Below are positions 13,206 through 24,751 of a stretch of 64,000 bases of DNA, piece after piece (the stretch's first letter is position 1; every line of letters starts with the position of its first letter). Source of the stretch: Octopus bimaculoides. Lineage: Eukaryota. The stretch is from positions 88,822,698-88,886,697 of the forward strand of contig NC_068990.1 in the NCBI RefSeq assembly GCF_001194135.2. The letters run 5' to 3'. The position numbers were made by a program, and so were the translations under genes. The notes beneath the pieces were generated by a model, which saw only the letters and a list, made by a program, of their open reading frames with translations, did no database searches and had not been told where the DNA came from.

Positions 13206-13420
13206 GGCAGCATGCTGGCTGAACTGTTAGCATGTCAAGGCAAAATGCTTAGCAACATTTCATCCCACCTTTCAAACTGTTCAAATTCTGCCATGGTTGA
13301 CTTTACCTTTCACCCTTTTGGGGTCAGTAAAATAAATATCAGCTGAGCTCTGGGGTTGATTTAATCAACTTGCCCCATTTTCCAAAATTGCTGGCCTTGT
13401 GCCAAAATTTGAAATTATTC
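12424..13420. mobile_element. Cluster of five tRNA-derived SINE family C copies (three on -, two on +) separated by (TAA)n/(TGA)n
   Basis: Shared gttcaaatt B-box and ttgcctttcatcc...gtaccag...ggggtcgat...aatcgactt central motif (Meta/Sauria-like domain, from memory). Copies at ~12424-12631(-), 12650-12852(-), 12882-13030(-), 13075-13145(+), 13204-13420(+). Confidence 0.8.
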
Positions 13421-13524
13421 TTTTCATTCTTTGAACTCTGGTTTTGTTGTAACTCCTGGGGTCTTGCATGCATAGTGGGCTTGCTATCTGCAGCTTACAG
13501 TACCATGCTTTCTGTTCTCTTCAA

Positions 13525-13985
13525 CTATCTAATATTTTCCTGATGATTCTGGATGTGTTAAGGAGATAAACTTTTTTTCAACAGCTCTATTGAGCACCCT
13601 ATTCCCATTTCCTTTATATTCTTCTTAATATCTTCTGATACTGTTCTCAAGGCCCCAACAATAACTGACACTATCTTCACTTCCTTCAGTTTCCACAATT
13701 GGGTTCTCTCATATTTAAGAGGATTGTATATATTGTCTTGCCTTTCTTCTTAACTATTTTTGGGTCAAAGGGGCATGCAGCACCAACTGTAGAGCACATG
13801 TGGTTCACCTTGCCCACCACCACTTGTGCTCAAGCTCCCAGTCTGTTTGAATTGGGAAATCTCACAGGATTTGGCACAATGAAGACAATTGCCCATTTCC
13901 AATTTGTTGCCAAAGCTTGTGTTTACACTGTAAATAGTGTTCTCAATATCCTTGTTAAGTGCTCCTTTCTTTAACAGGTGGGACA
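13525..13985 (-). mobile_element. Degenerate R4/Dong-clade non-LTR retrotransposon 3' coding fragment
   Basis: LKKGALNKDIEN..TQALATN, ACPFDPKI, YNPLKYERTQLWKLKEVKIVSVIVGALRTVS...IELLKK..LLNTSRIIRKILD* (frameshifted) match recalled R4/Dong RLE C-terminus. Confidence 0.8.
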
Positions 13986-15877
13986 CCTGTTCTCCAGCAA
14001 CTTCTGTTGTGGCTACTGTACTTCTTGTTTTGTTTTTTCCATTTTTTCTACTTTCAATTATTATTAAAGGTGATGGAGGAAATATCGTGATATTTACTTA
14101 CAGTGTTTCCTTTACATTATGACTTCAGATTTTGCCAGTTCATCTTTGCCTTTCATCCTTTCGAGGTGGGTTGAAGTTTTTGATTGATTTACATATCTGG
14201 CAAAGACTGTTAACTGTTTATTTGACTGTAACCTCTTTCCTCAAACATTTGTGACCTTGTGCCTTTGTTAGAAATCCTTATTGCAAATTGCAGAATTGCT
14301 GGGAATAGGAGATGAAATGCCTTGCAGTATTTATGTCCCTTTACATTCTGAGTTCAAATCCTGCAGGAGTCAACTTCACATTTATTTTTTTAGGGGACTT
14401 ATACAATACTAGTCAAATACTGAGATCTTTTGAATTACTTATATTCCATCTCACCTCAAGGTTCTGTTTATATGTGTATATTAGCATACTTGTAGAAGTA
14501 AAAATCAAGTGACATTCCTTGTGGTAATAAAGATCAAGTGACATTCCTCCTCTTGGAATATTATATATTTTGATTGTTTTTAATTTCATTTTAACACCAC
14601 CCCCACTTTTCCTAACCCTGTAATATCCCCCTACCCATTGTCCTTGTAGCAGTAATAAAAATTATTATTTCTGCTTTAAAAGGATCAATTGATCTTTTCT
14701 CCCTATTCAAATCCCTTCTCTCATCTCTCGTCTTTTTCCTACCTTTGTAGTTTTCTCATCCTAAAATTAAAAACACAACAACAAAAACCAAAACACATCA
14801 ATTGAAACTATCACACACACACATATGCACTCTCTATCCCTCTCTTTCTCCTGTTTCTTTCTCCTCCTCTTTCAAATTTCCTTCCCCACTCTTTCTCTAT
14901 TTGTCATCCTTTTATAGTCCCCTCACCACCAATCTGTATATGTTTTATTGCTGGTTTTCATGTGTTCTCAACTATCTATTGATGCTGCCCCTTGCAGCCT
15001 TATAGCTCCATGGCAAGCCTATAATCAAATCATTCAGCCTTCTTAGATACAATTAAAAAATCAAAGCTCCCTACTCTACTCTCTGTTGCCCACTCATGAA
15101 ATCCCTAACTTTTATTACAGTACTGTGGTATTTGTTTAGTTCATCCTTTATCAACAGATGATCAATGAAACTTACCTGAATGACCTCAAATAATATTTTT
15201 TGTTATCTTTAACTGATTTCTGGCAATTTTTCTAACACTGCATATATATTTGAATGAATTTTCAAAATAATCAAGTTTTTTTATCTCTTGCATTTAAAGG
15301 ATTGCTTTCATACTATTTTGATCAGTTTGGTCTTCAATCATTACCAAGTGTCATATAATCCTGAATGTAACTAAATGAATTAGAAACTATGGATATTGAC
15401 ACCTGAATAATGAACATTTTTTAGGTTATTTATATTCACCTTTCAGTGAAGGTTACACATTGATCTTGGGTTAATAGCAAGCATTATATATACTACTATT
15501 TCAATTTTTTTTTTAATATTCTACTATGATTCTCTATCAGTTACAGGAATTTAATTCCTTAGTGGTATATATTTTCATTTCTTGCATCATTTATGTTCAG
15601 CTGTTCCTTTAGGGACCTCCTAGTTTCTGCTTTATAAGATATTTCTCAGTTCTTAAGTTCTTGCTACTCTTGTGTAGATTTAGCTTTAGTTAGAAATCTG
15701 TAAGGTGTAGTGTTACTTTTGATCACAGTCCTTGTGATGAATTTTCTCAGACAAACCCCTGAAATGAGGTAGACATAATGAGTTTCATTTAACCTTTACA
15801 TTGTACTTGAGAGTACTGGGTATATTTTTTTCAGGATTGTGTTTTCAGTTGGCTCACTTTGTTTAATATGCACATGT

Positions 15878-16260
15878 GCAGGCATGGCTGTGTGGTAAGA
15901 AGTTTACTTCCCAACCACCTGGTTCCAGGTTCAGTCCCACTGTGTGGCACCTTGGGTAAGTGTCTTTTGCTATAGCCTTGGGTCGACCAAAGCCTTGTGA
16001 GTGGATTTGGTAGGCAGAAACTGAAAGAAGCCTGTTGTATATATGTAGATGTTTGTGTGTCTGTGTTTGTCCCCCCACCATCACTTGACAACCAATGTTG
16101 GTGTGTTTATGTCTCTGCAACTTAGTGGTTCAATAAAAATAGACCAATAGAATAAGTACCAGGCTTACAAAGAATAATTCCTGGGGTTGATTTCTTCGAC
16201 TAAAGGTGGTACTCCAGCATGGCCATAGTCAAATAACTGAAACAAGTAAAAGAGCAAAAG
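15878..16260 (+). mobile_element. tRNA-derived SINE (family B, CORE-like centre), near full length
   Basis: A-box-like tggctgtgtggt, B-box-like ggttcagtccc (15928), gtggcaccttgggtaagtgtc core; related copies at ~7555-7700 (+), ~38590-38690 (+) and ~40120-40245 (-). Confidence 0.8.
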
Positions 16261-16380
16261 AATATGCATACACACATGCATTTATTTAAACTAAATATTT
16301 GGCCACTGTTTGAGTTGAATTTCATACTCTGTGATCCTTTCAACCTAGATGTGGTGTGTGAAATTTGTGTCAGTTTAAAC

Positions 16381-16608
16381 TAGTGTTTCTCAACCCGGGG
16401 CCCATATAGCCCTTGGGGGTCCATCTGACTTGTTGCTAAAAATTGTGTGCAATAAATTGATTATACTTCTACTACACACAAAATATTCAGCAATTTTTTT
16501 TTTTAATACAATTCTTTTTTTTAAATATTGAATGGTTATGCGGGTCCACCCAAGTAAAAGAGGAATCAAATAGGGGTCCATAAATAAAAAGTTGGTTGAG
16601 AACCACTG
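16381..16608. mobile_element. hAT (Charlie-like) MITE
   Basis: TIRs tagtgtttctcaacc / ggttgagaaccactg (13 of 15 match); 8-bp TSD gtttaaac / gtttaaat. Confidence 0.85.
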
Positions 16609-17064
16609 GTTTAAATGTTTAAACAAACTCCACACCATATTTTCAACTTTATCTTTTTTCATTTACGCACACACACACATAGACACACACTCACACTCTC
16701 ACACTAGTTTCGAGGAAGCTGAAGCTTAACTGAAGCTACTCTATTTCACACTTGCAATCTATATATGATTGATGAGTGGGAAAGGGAGAGTCTTAATACT
16801 GTAACTGCTCTGCAGGGCACCAGTTTCTGTTAGTCATTTTATCGGTTTGCTGGCAAGTTGGTTGGCTATGCTTGAATTGTAGCGTGCTGCTGCTTAATTG
16901 CTTTCTAACATAGGCACAGGGCCAGAAGTTTGGTGCAGGAGGTTAACCAGTTATATCAACTCCAGAAGATTGAAAGACAAAATTGCCCTGAGTAGCTATT
17001 TCAACTTAGAAGCAAAACAAATACTGCAAAATATTTTTTCTTTGCTGCTCTAATGATTTTTAGC

Positions 17065-17275
17065 AAACAATGATTTCAAATTTTGGCACAAGGCCAGCAA
17101 ATTCAGAGGAGAGGTTAAGTTGATGGCATCAACTCCAGTACTCAACTGGTACTTATTTCATCGACCCCAAAAGGACGAAAGACAGATGTATGGAATTTGA
17201 ACGTGAAGATGGATGGAATGTCACTAAGCATTTCACCTTGCATGCTAATGATTCTGCCAACTTGCCCTGATGCAA
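17065..17275 (-). mobile_element. SINE family C copy
   Basis: ggcacaaggccagcaaatt...actcaactggtacttatttcatcgacccc..aaaggacgaaag. Confidence 0.75.
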
Positions 17276-17944
17276 TAACAGGTAGTGGCTCTCATGGCTT
17301 TTGATCTTGACTGATTGGAAATGTTTACATTCTATATGTTTTGTCTTGGAGTAAAAGATGGGCTGCAGCAAATAGTCTGTTTGATACCACAAATTTGCTT
17401 GTCAGTTGCTTAACCATGACCAGTTGAGCATGTCTCTTAGTGACTAACGATATGTGCATCTCTGATCACAAGCAGAGTAATGGAGGAGCATCATAGCCAT
17501 GTACCGAGGAGAATTCTTTGAGAGTTTGAATAATTCACTTCTAGAAACATGGGGACTTTTTGAGCAGGATGGGCAACTTGACCTGCAGAAAATTCTAACC
17601 AAGCATCACCTGCTATGTCATGTGCTGTTTATCTTGATATGACGTTACCATGTTGTGCACAGTTGGCAATGATGCATGTGTCTGGTATACTCATAACAGA
17701 TGGATAGCCATGATGGATATATTGGGTTTTGTATATTTGTACTCCAGCATCACTTTGATGGCATATGCTGCTTTTTCACTCAATAATAATAATAATAACA
17801 ATAATTTCTTTTATTAGTCACAGGGGCATGGATGAGGGTGACATCACAAGAACAGATGAGTTTGTATGGAGATTTACATGGGGAGAAAGAAACGGAAAAG
17901 ATGGTGAAATGCGAAATAATAATAATAACAATAATAATAATAAT

Positions 17945-18085
17945 AATGGCAGAAGGCCAGCAATATAGAGGGTAGGGGGCAAGTTGATTACATTGACTCC
18001 AGTACTTGACTGATACTCTATCAACCTTCAAAGGATGAAAGGCAATGTTGATTTCAGAATCTGCATTAATGGTTCTGCCAATCCT
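17945..18085 (-). mobile_element. SINE family C copy next to (AAT)n
   Basis: ttgattacattgactccagtacttgactgatact...aaaggatgaaaggc. Confidence 0.7.
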
Positions 18086-18717
18086 TTGCTCAGTAGCAGC
18101 AGCAGCAGCAGTAGTAATAATAATAGTAGTAGTAGTCTGCTCTCTATCTTTGTCAGCCAGTTACATAATTATATTAAGTTTCATAATTACATATCAGTTG
18201 TATAATTATACATGTCTGCAATATGCAGTAAATATTTAACAGATCTTTTAATAATAATGTGGCAGGTAGTAAGCAGTTTCTATTTTAGATCAGCTTATCT
18301 TATTGGTGGTGTTCTTCCAGATTTATAGAAATAGAGATGTATTTTTTTTCCATTTGTTTTTGATGTTCTCTCTTGAAAGGACATTAATTTTTACCATTTA
18401 GAATGTAGAATAATGTTGTTTTAGCTATATTTGTCTAACCTTGTATGTCTTGAGGTGCAGTTGCTTTCACTGGTTTTATGTAATGTGCATCCTACAGTTT
18501 ATGTGTAGAAATAGCTGATTTTAGCATTGTTTCTATTTTAAGGAAAATGTTTCTTGATTAAAGTAAGGATATTTTGGACTATGTTGGATAGTTAAGCCCA
18601 AATCTTTTTATTTTAGTTCTACTGGTTGTTGTTGTTTAACTCCAAGTCAACCCTGATCAAGCAGACATTTGATCGGGATTGTTTCAGTCATAGCTATTCT
18701 GCCAATCTTCAGTTATA

Positions 18718-18912
18718 ATGTATCTATGGTTACATAATGCCAATTTGAAGATGTTAGGGTATGGTTTGAGGGATATTTGGCTTTTATTTCTAGACTTTCT
18801 TGTGAGTTTGATGCCTATATTTTTGCTTTTAACAATTGATTTTGCAGTGTTTCCAGACCTAACCAAATCCAAAATTACAAGCCATAGGGACTTGAGTTTT
18901 GGCACATTTGTA
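18718..18912 (+). CDS. CACHD1: Candidate first coding exon of CACHD1 (signal-peptide-like, MYLWLHNANLKMLGYGLRDIWLLFLDFLVSLMPIFLLLTIDFAVF...RDLSFGTFV)
   Basis: ATG 5 nt after a ttcag acceptor (18712), hydrophobic stretch, phase-0 donor GTAGGT at 18913 compatible with the phase-0 exon at 20298. Weak similarity to the recalled human N-terminus. Not certain. Confidence 0.4.
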
Positions 18913-20297
18913 GTAGGTATAGAACTATAATACATAGATCCTGAGATTTTGGAACATGATACCATTTCAATAAAATTTTAATGGACTATTAAAAATCACA
19001 ATGTGGCCATCCTGATCTTGGATTTTCTCCATTTTGGTGGAGACTTTTCCATTTCTTAAAATTTTCACTGTGGCCTTGGAAATGATGTAGAGAAGCTTTT
19101 CAAATATACAAAAAACATTTTGGAAAATTTGATTTCCCCCACCCACCTCTCTGGACTGATTTTGACCAATTTGTTTTTGCACTAAGCACTTAAATATGAT
19201 AGGAGAAGCCTTTTCAGTAAGGAAAAAAAAATTCTTATGAAGATATTTTCAGATGAGAAGATGTATGATTTAAAAAGAGATTTAGCTGGTGTTTCTAGCA
19301 CATCCAATGACCACCAGGTACTTTCCTCATTTCTCCATCACTCTGACCTGTATTGATGTTTTGCAGTATTTTTCTCACTATAAAGATATTTTATGGATTG
19401 ATGATGTGGAAGTAACACACAGGTTTTGTTTAGCCCAAGGTCCCTTGCTGGGATTTAAGCAACCAAAAATAGATTTAGTAATTTAAACCCCACTCCCAAT
19501 CAAGCAATTCTGTGTGTAAGAAAAACCAATTACTAACAGAAAATTATGCTATTAAAATAAATTATCTTTTGTATACTTTTTTAATTCACCAGATAAATCG
19601 CAGCAATGACTTTCTCAGGCTTTCCAATATTTAAAAATTATAGACAAAAACAGAGTGAAAAAAAATCATAAATTTTCAAAAAATTTTTGTTTTTGATATA
19701 ATAGCATACTTTTCTGTTAGTAATGTCCTTCCTTACGTACACACACTCACTTAATATAGGGGTGGGTAGTCATGGGATATGCTAGAAACAACAGCTAAAT
19801 CCTCTTTAAATCATACACCTTTCCATCTAACATTCTTTTCTTTTAGTAAATGTTTTTTTTTATACACACACATTACTTGTCAAATGCCAGATTGACAAGT
19901 AGCGTCGCTATGCATTAATCCTATATGAGCACCCATGGTAGTCCCCTTTTTATTGTCTTTGCACTTTTGCGCCATATCATGGCCTGATTCAAGAATAGCC
20001 TGAAAAGAAGTTCACATCCAGAACTTTCAAATGATATATAATTTCCCGAGGAAAAAATGTATTTTCACATGAAAATGATCGTGCAAAAATTGGGTTTCTG
20101 CGTGGTCAGACTGTGTTTGTCTCCCCTTCTTTCAACTTTTACAGTGATACCTAATTGTGTGTGCGCGCGGGCGCGTGTATAAATATAAAATTAGTTGATT
20201 TCTGTATTGTGTGTGTTATGCAATTTTTTATGATTTATACGTATTTGAATTGTTGCTGATGTGTACTTTTTATTGATGAGTTTCTACTTCATTGCAG

Positions 20298-20360
20298 GCA
20301 ATTTATGACTCCCTTCCTTATGTGACTATTTACAGAGATGAAGAAAAACGGCTTGATGTG
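20298..20360 (+). CDS. CACHD1: CACHD1 exon ([21 protein letters not shown])
   Basis: ttgcag acceptor, GTAAAT donor, 63 nt, phase 0-0; similar to recalled human RIFNSFVY. Confidence 0.8.
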
Positions 20361-21778
20361 GTAAATATTACTTTATTTCTGTTGGCTCTAATCCCACTGA
20401 ATTATGGTTAAATATATTTCACCCATGATCATCTTGTCTTTCTTTCATACACAGTGCATCTAGGATTACATTATTCAGTATATGTTCCTTCTTGTAAGAT
20501 ATATTATTATTTAAGGGAGACTTTGCTTCTATTTTTAAAAGATACACCAACCATATAGAGTCTCTTGTTGGCTCATTTAAGTTTGTGTTTTCAGTGTAGA
20601 AGAACTGTTAAGGGTCACTGTTGTGCTTAGCTTAATTTTTTTTTAAATTTATTTTCATTAGTTAATAAGAAGTTGGACAGTGTCCTTAACCTGTGCAAGC
20701 TCACTCAGTCGTGAAATTAATGTAGTTTTACTAACAGAAAAGACAAGCTGTAGATTGAGTTTGTATGAAAAATTTGGGCAGGAAATGAATTTCAGAGAAA
20801 TGATGTTGTGGGAAGGAATGATTGAGTAAAGGATTTAGTGCAAAATTTGCCAGAATGAAACACTGTAGAATTTAGTGACCCAGCATTATATATCCAGCTA
20901 ACTGAGAGGATCAGATTATGTTGTAGAAAAAGCAGGAAGAGGAATCAGCACATATGCGAACAAAAGATTGAATTGTGTTAGTGAATGAGTCTTTGCTAAT
21001 GTACAGTAGATAAATTAGAGATAAATTTCTCCATTGAAATTCTATCACACCCATTTCCAACATTTGGAAGGTGATGAAGGCAATTATTATCAAAAATTTT
21101 ATCTGACCTATGCAAGCATGAAAAAATGATATTAAAGTGGTGATCTCACACACACACACACTATATGTTTGATCTCTATTTCAGATTGCTGATCGGCTGA
21201 GAGAACGTTTTGATAATTACATAAAAGTTTTAGGAACAAACAAGATTACGGTGGAACATTTATACAAATTTCATGTGAAGCAACCTGTTACTCGTAAACT
21301 TAACTGTTGCAACCTGCCATTTAATGAACTAATGTGAGTATCTCTTTTTTTATTAATATCTTATTAAAATGTTTCAAAACAATATAAGTACTCATGTGGG
21401 ACAGAAAAAAAGCAGTTCCTCTAGCAGATTTTTTATTGCTCACTTTCTTCTGTCTCAATTATGTTGCTAATCTCTTATAAAATTTATATTAAAACCTTAA
21501 CTACTGCTTTGTAATAAAGGGTAATTTGCGGTTAAAGTGATATGTGTTTATACTAGAAACGTGTTATGTTGTTTATCCTTTACACTATTGCAATAAATAT
21601 TTGTTCACGTCTGTCCTTTACTAGCTCATCACTAAGCACAAAGGTTCACCAGGCTCCAATCTGATCTGACAGAGTTTCTACAGCTGGATGAGCCTTCCTA
21701 ACACCAACCACACCGAGAGTGTAGTGGGTGCTTTTACATGCCACCGGCACGAGGGCCAGTCCAGCGGCACTGACAACG

Positions 21779-21820
<42 letters not shown>

Positions 21821-21835
21821 AAATGGCACATTCTC

Positions 21836-21898
<63 letters not shown>

Positions 21899-24690
21899 AT
21901 ATCAAAACATGTAATTCACACTCTGGACTATTTATTTCTGGAAAATGTTGGGAGTGAGTAAAATTTCTGAGGCTTCCACCTCACCCCACCCCATTTTTCG
22001 GACCCCAAAAAGGGTTTTGTAGCATAGCAGTAGTACACGGTATTGACTTATTCCTCATTGTTTTACCTGTTTTAATTATCTTTGCTTTGATGTTCTTTTG
22101 TAGATCTCAGTCACAGTATCGTTGTAAAATTTCCACTCGGAATAGCTGTGACTTGCTACCACCTAATCTGCCACCAGGAGCTTTTAATCCTGGTCGTAAT
22201 CTGACTGATGGTAAGTTGGTAAAGAAAAGCATCTGTGATGTGGTTTTTTTATTTGGTTCTAATTTATTCTGAGATAAAATGATTATTATTGGCTTAATAT
22301 TTTTATAAAAATATCAAGCGTTCAGTATTGTTGCAAAATTGTAGAATGCTTCTCTAAATTTGCCTTATACTATTATACTATCTTACTTCATCTGTTTATG
22401 ATCTGAGTTGATATCTCATCTAAATCTTTCATCACTTTATACCTGATAAAATAGATATTTAATGCATATACTAGTATAGACGCACCCCACTACAAGTTTC
22501 ACCATGTCCCACAGCTGTTGTCTGTCACCTTACAACCATTGTTCCTCATCTCACAACTGTTGTACACCATTCCATCCTCATTGTACCTAACTTCATACTT
22601 ATTGCAGTCTCTCACAACAATTGTGTTTCACCTCATGGATGGTGTGTTTCTCAACTGTTGTGCTTCATCTCACCACTCTGTCTCATTTCATCAATAAATG
22701 TTGTGCGGTTGATTAAATGTCATAGCTAGGCTTGGAGATAAATCTATTCTGAATATCATGGAACTTTATAATTTTCTCTTGACATTTCAGTATGGCACAA
22801 CAATGTTCAGTACTTCCCAAGCCTCAAATGGCAATACTTCATCTCAGTTCAAGGCATTCATAATGAATATCCAGCTAACACTTTTGAATGGTCTGAAGAT
22901 TGTTTAAATGTCCATGATATCAGACACAGGTAAGTGACAATTTTTGAAACAGCAAAAATATATAAAATAAATAAAAATAGTGTTTCTGATTACCTGTGAT
23001 TCTTTTTTTTTTCTCACTCCCTTTTTGATTCATTAGCATAGCAGTGAGTTAGTTTTTTAATGTTCACTGATTTAAATATGTTAACACTAACTTGAGCTGT
23101 TGTAGTTAGATATAATCAAGTGGCTAATTGAAGAGTGGTCCAGTACATAAACCTCACACCCACTGCATCTCACCAGTGTTTTCTTTTTGCTTTATTTTCA
23201 GAGATGTATTCGTATCTACGATCCGACCACAACGTAAACATTTAGTTATTGTAATGGATCATGGATTATCTTTAAGTCTGACTCAACTCAACACTGCTAA
23301 AGCTGTAGCAAAACATTTGTTGGAATCTCTGTCAGAAAATGACTATGTAAGCTTTTTCTTTTCACTATATCATTGCCCTAGTTGTAGTTGTCTACTGCAG
23401 TAACAGTTATGTTTTGAATGCTTTCTACATTGAATAAGTTAATTAAGTTTTCAATGCTTTCTACCTTAAATGTATTAAGTATTGAATGCTCTCTTTATTG
23501 ATCATGCTACTTAGATATGCAGTTCTCACCTATGGGCTGTAATACAATTTGTGAAGGGATGCAAAAAGAAATTTTTTTTTGTAATTTTTGAAATATTTGA
23601 TAAAAATGTTAAATGTCCCTGACTATGTTATATAATAAGCTTTAAGTATGTTGGATACAACTCATCATTTTCTGTAGACAAGAACTGAGGAATATTTCCT
23701 TTGTTTTGTCTGCAATGTCAAATGTTAAGTGCACACCATTGATTTTATTTTTAATATTTAAAAAGGTGGTGGTGGATGATTGATTTGCTGAAATGGGTTG
23801 TGTTTGTAGAAAAGGTTAGGAATCTTTGATTTCGACGGGTGTATATAAAAAAATCAATTTTTTTGATAATTTCATGTCAACAGGTTGGAGTTATTGGATT
23901 AGCTGCTGAACCAACATACCCACGAGCTGATTCCTGTCTTCCACATACACTGGTACAAGCAACTTATGAGACTAGATTATATTTCAACAAATTTTTAGAT
24001 GGCTTAAAGAAAGAAAATGGTTAGTAGAGATTATTTTTCCCTTAAATTCTATTTTATCTTCTTTTTTTTTCCTTCAATTTGGTGAAGTTGGTCCAGTTAC
24101 TGATATGCTGTGTTGAATAAAGTATCAGTGACCAGGTTGTAGATATGTGATGAAAGGTTTTGATATTTGATGATATGTTCTATTACGAAATAAAACAAAA
24201 GTGGATATAATGATATATGTATGTTTTAAATGGCTGACCTACACTTTCCTTTCTTCAATCCATAGTCTTATTTCTCTCTTGTACTCACCTTCTGGTACCT
24301 TGTGAGTACTCTCCAGCACCCTTCCACCACCATCTTTATCTCACACCCATAAAAATTTTCTCAAATAAGTATATCAATTCCAACCAATTCCCACAAAAAA
24401 CAACAGCATGCTCTGTTCACAAGTTCAAAATTGAGGCATATAAAAAAGTTTAATTTTTATCATCTCATTTAAGAACTTAAATCTCTCTGAATGTCTGAGA
24501 CGTGTTGTTGTTAATAAGAATATAATTTTTCAAGTTATTAATTTACATTTTTAAAAATGTAAATATTGTAAAAAGGATTTGTTGATTCTGAAGATGTGTT
24601 TATTGGTTCGAAATTTTATTTCTTAACACAGTGTAGGTTTTGTTATTTATGTAATTGAAAGATAGATTTTCTTTTCATCATTCCTTACAA

Positions 24691-24751
<61 letters not shown>

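Noticed and set aside
15878-15945. tRNA-like A and B boxes
   Set aside because: Head of a tRNA-derived SINE; no cloverleaf, so not a tRNA gene.
19253-19317. Possible phase 1-0 exon (DEKMYDLKRDLAGVSSTSNDHQ) with M..L......GV spacing like the human N-terminus, able to link donor 18917 to exon 20298
   Set aside because: Poor pyrimidine tract, and the sequence is the reverse complement of a dispersed repeat (see 19780-19817). Probably coincidence, though long reads could revive it.
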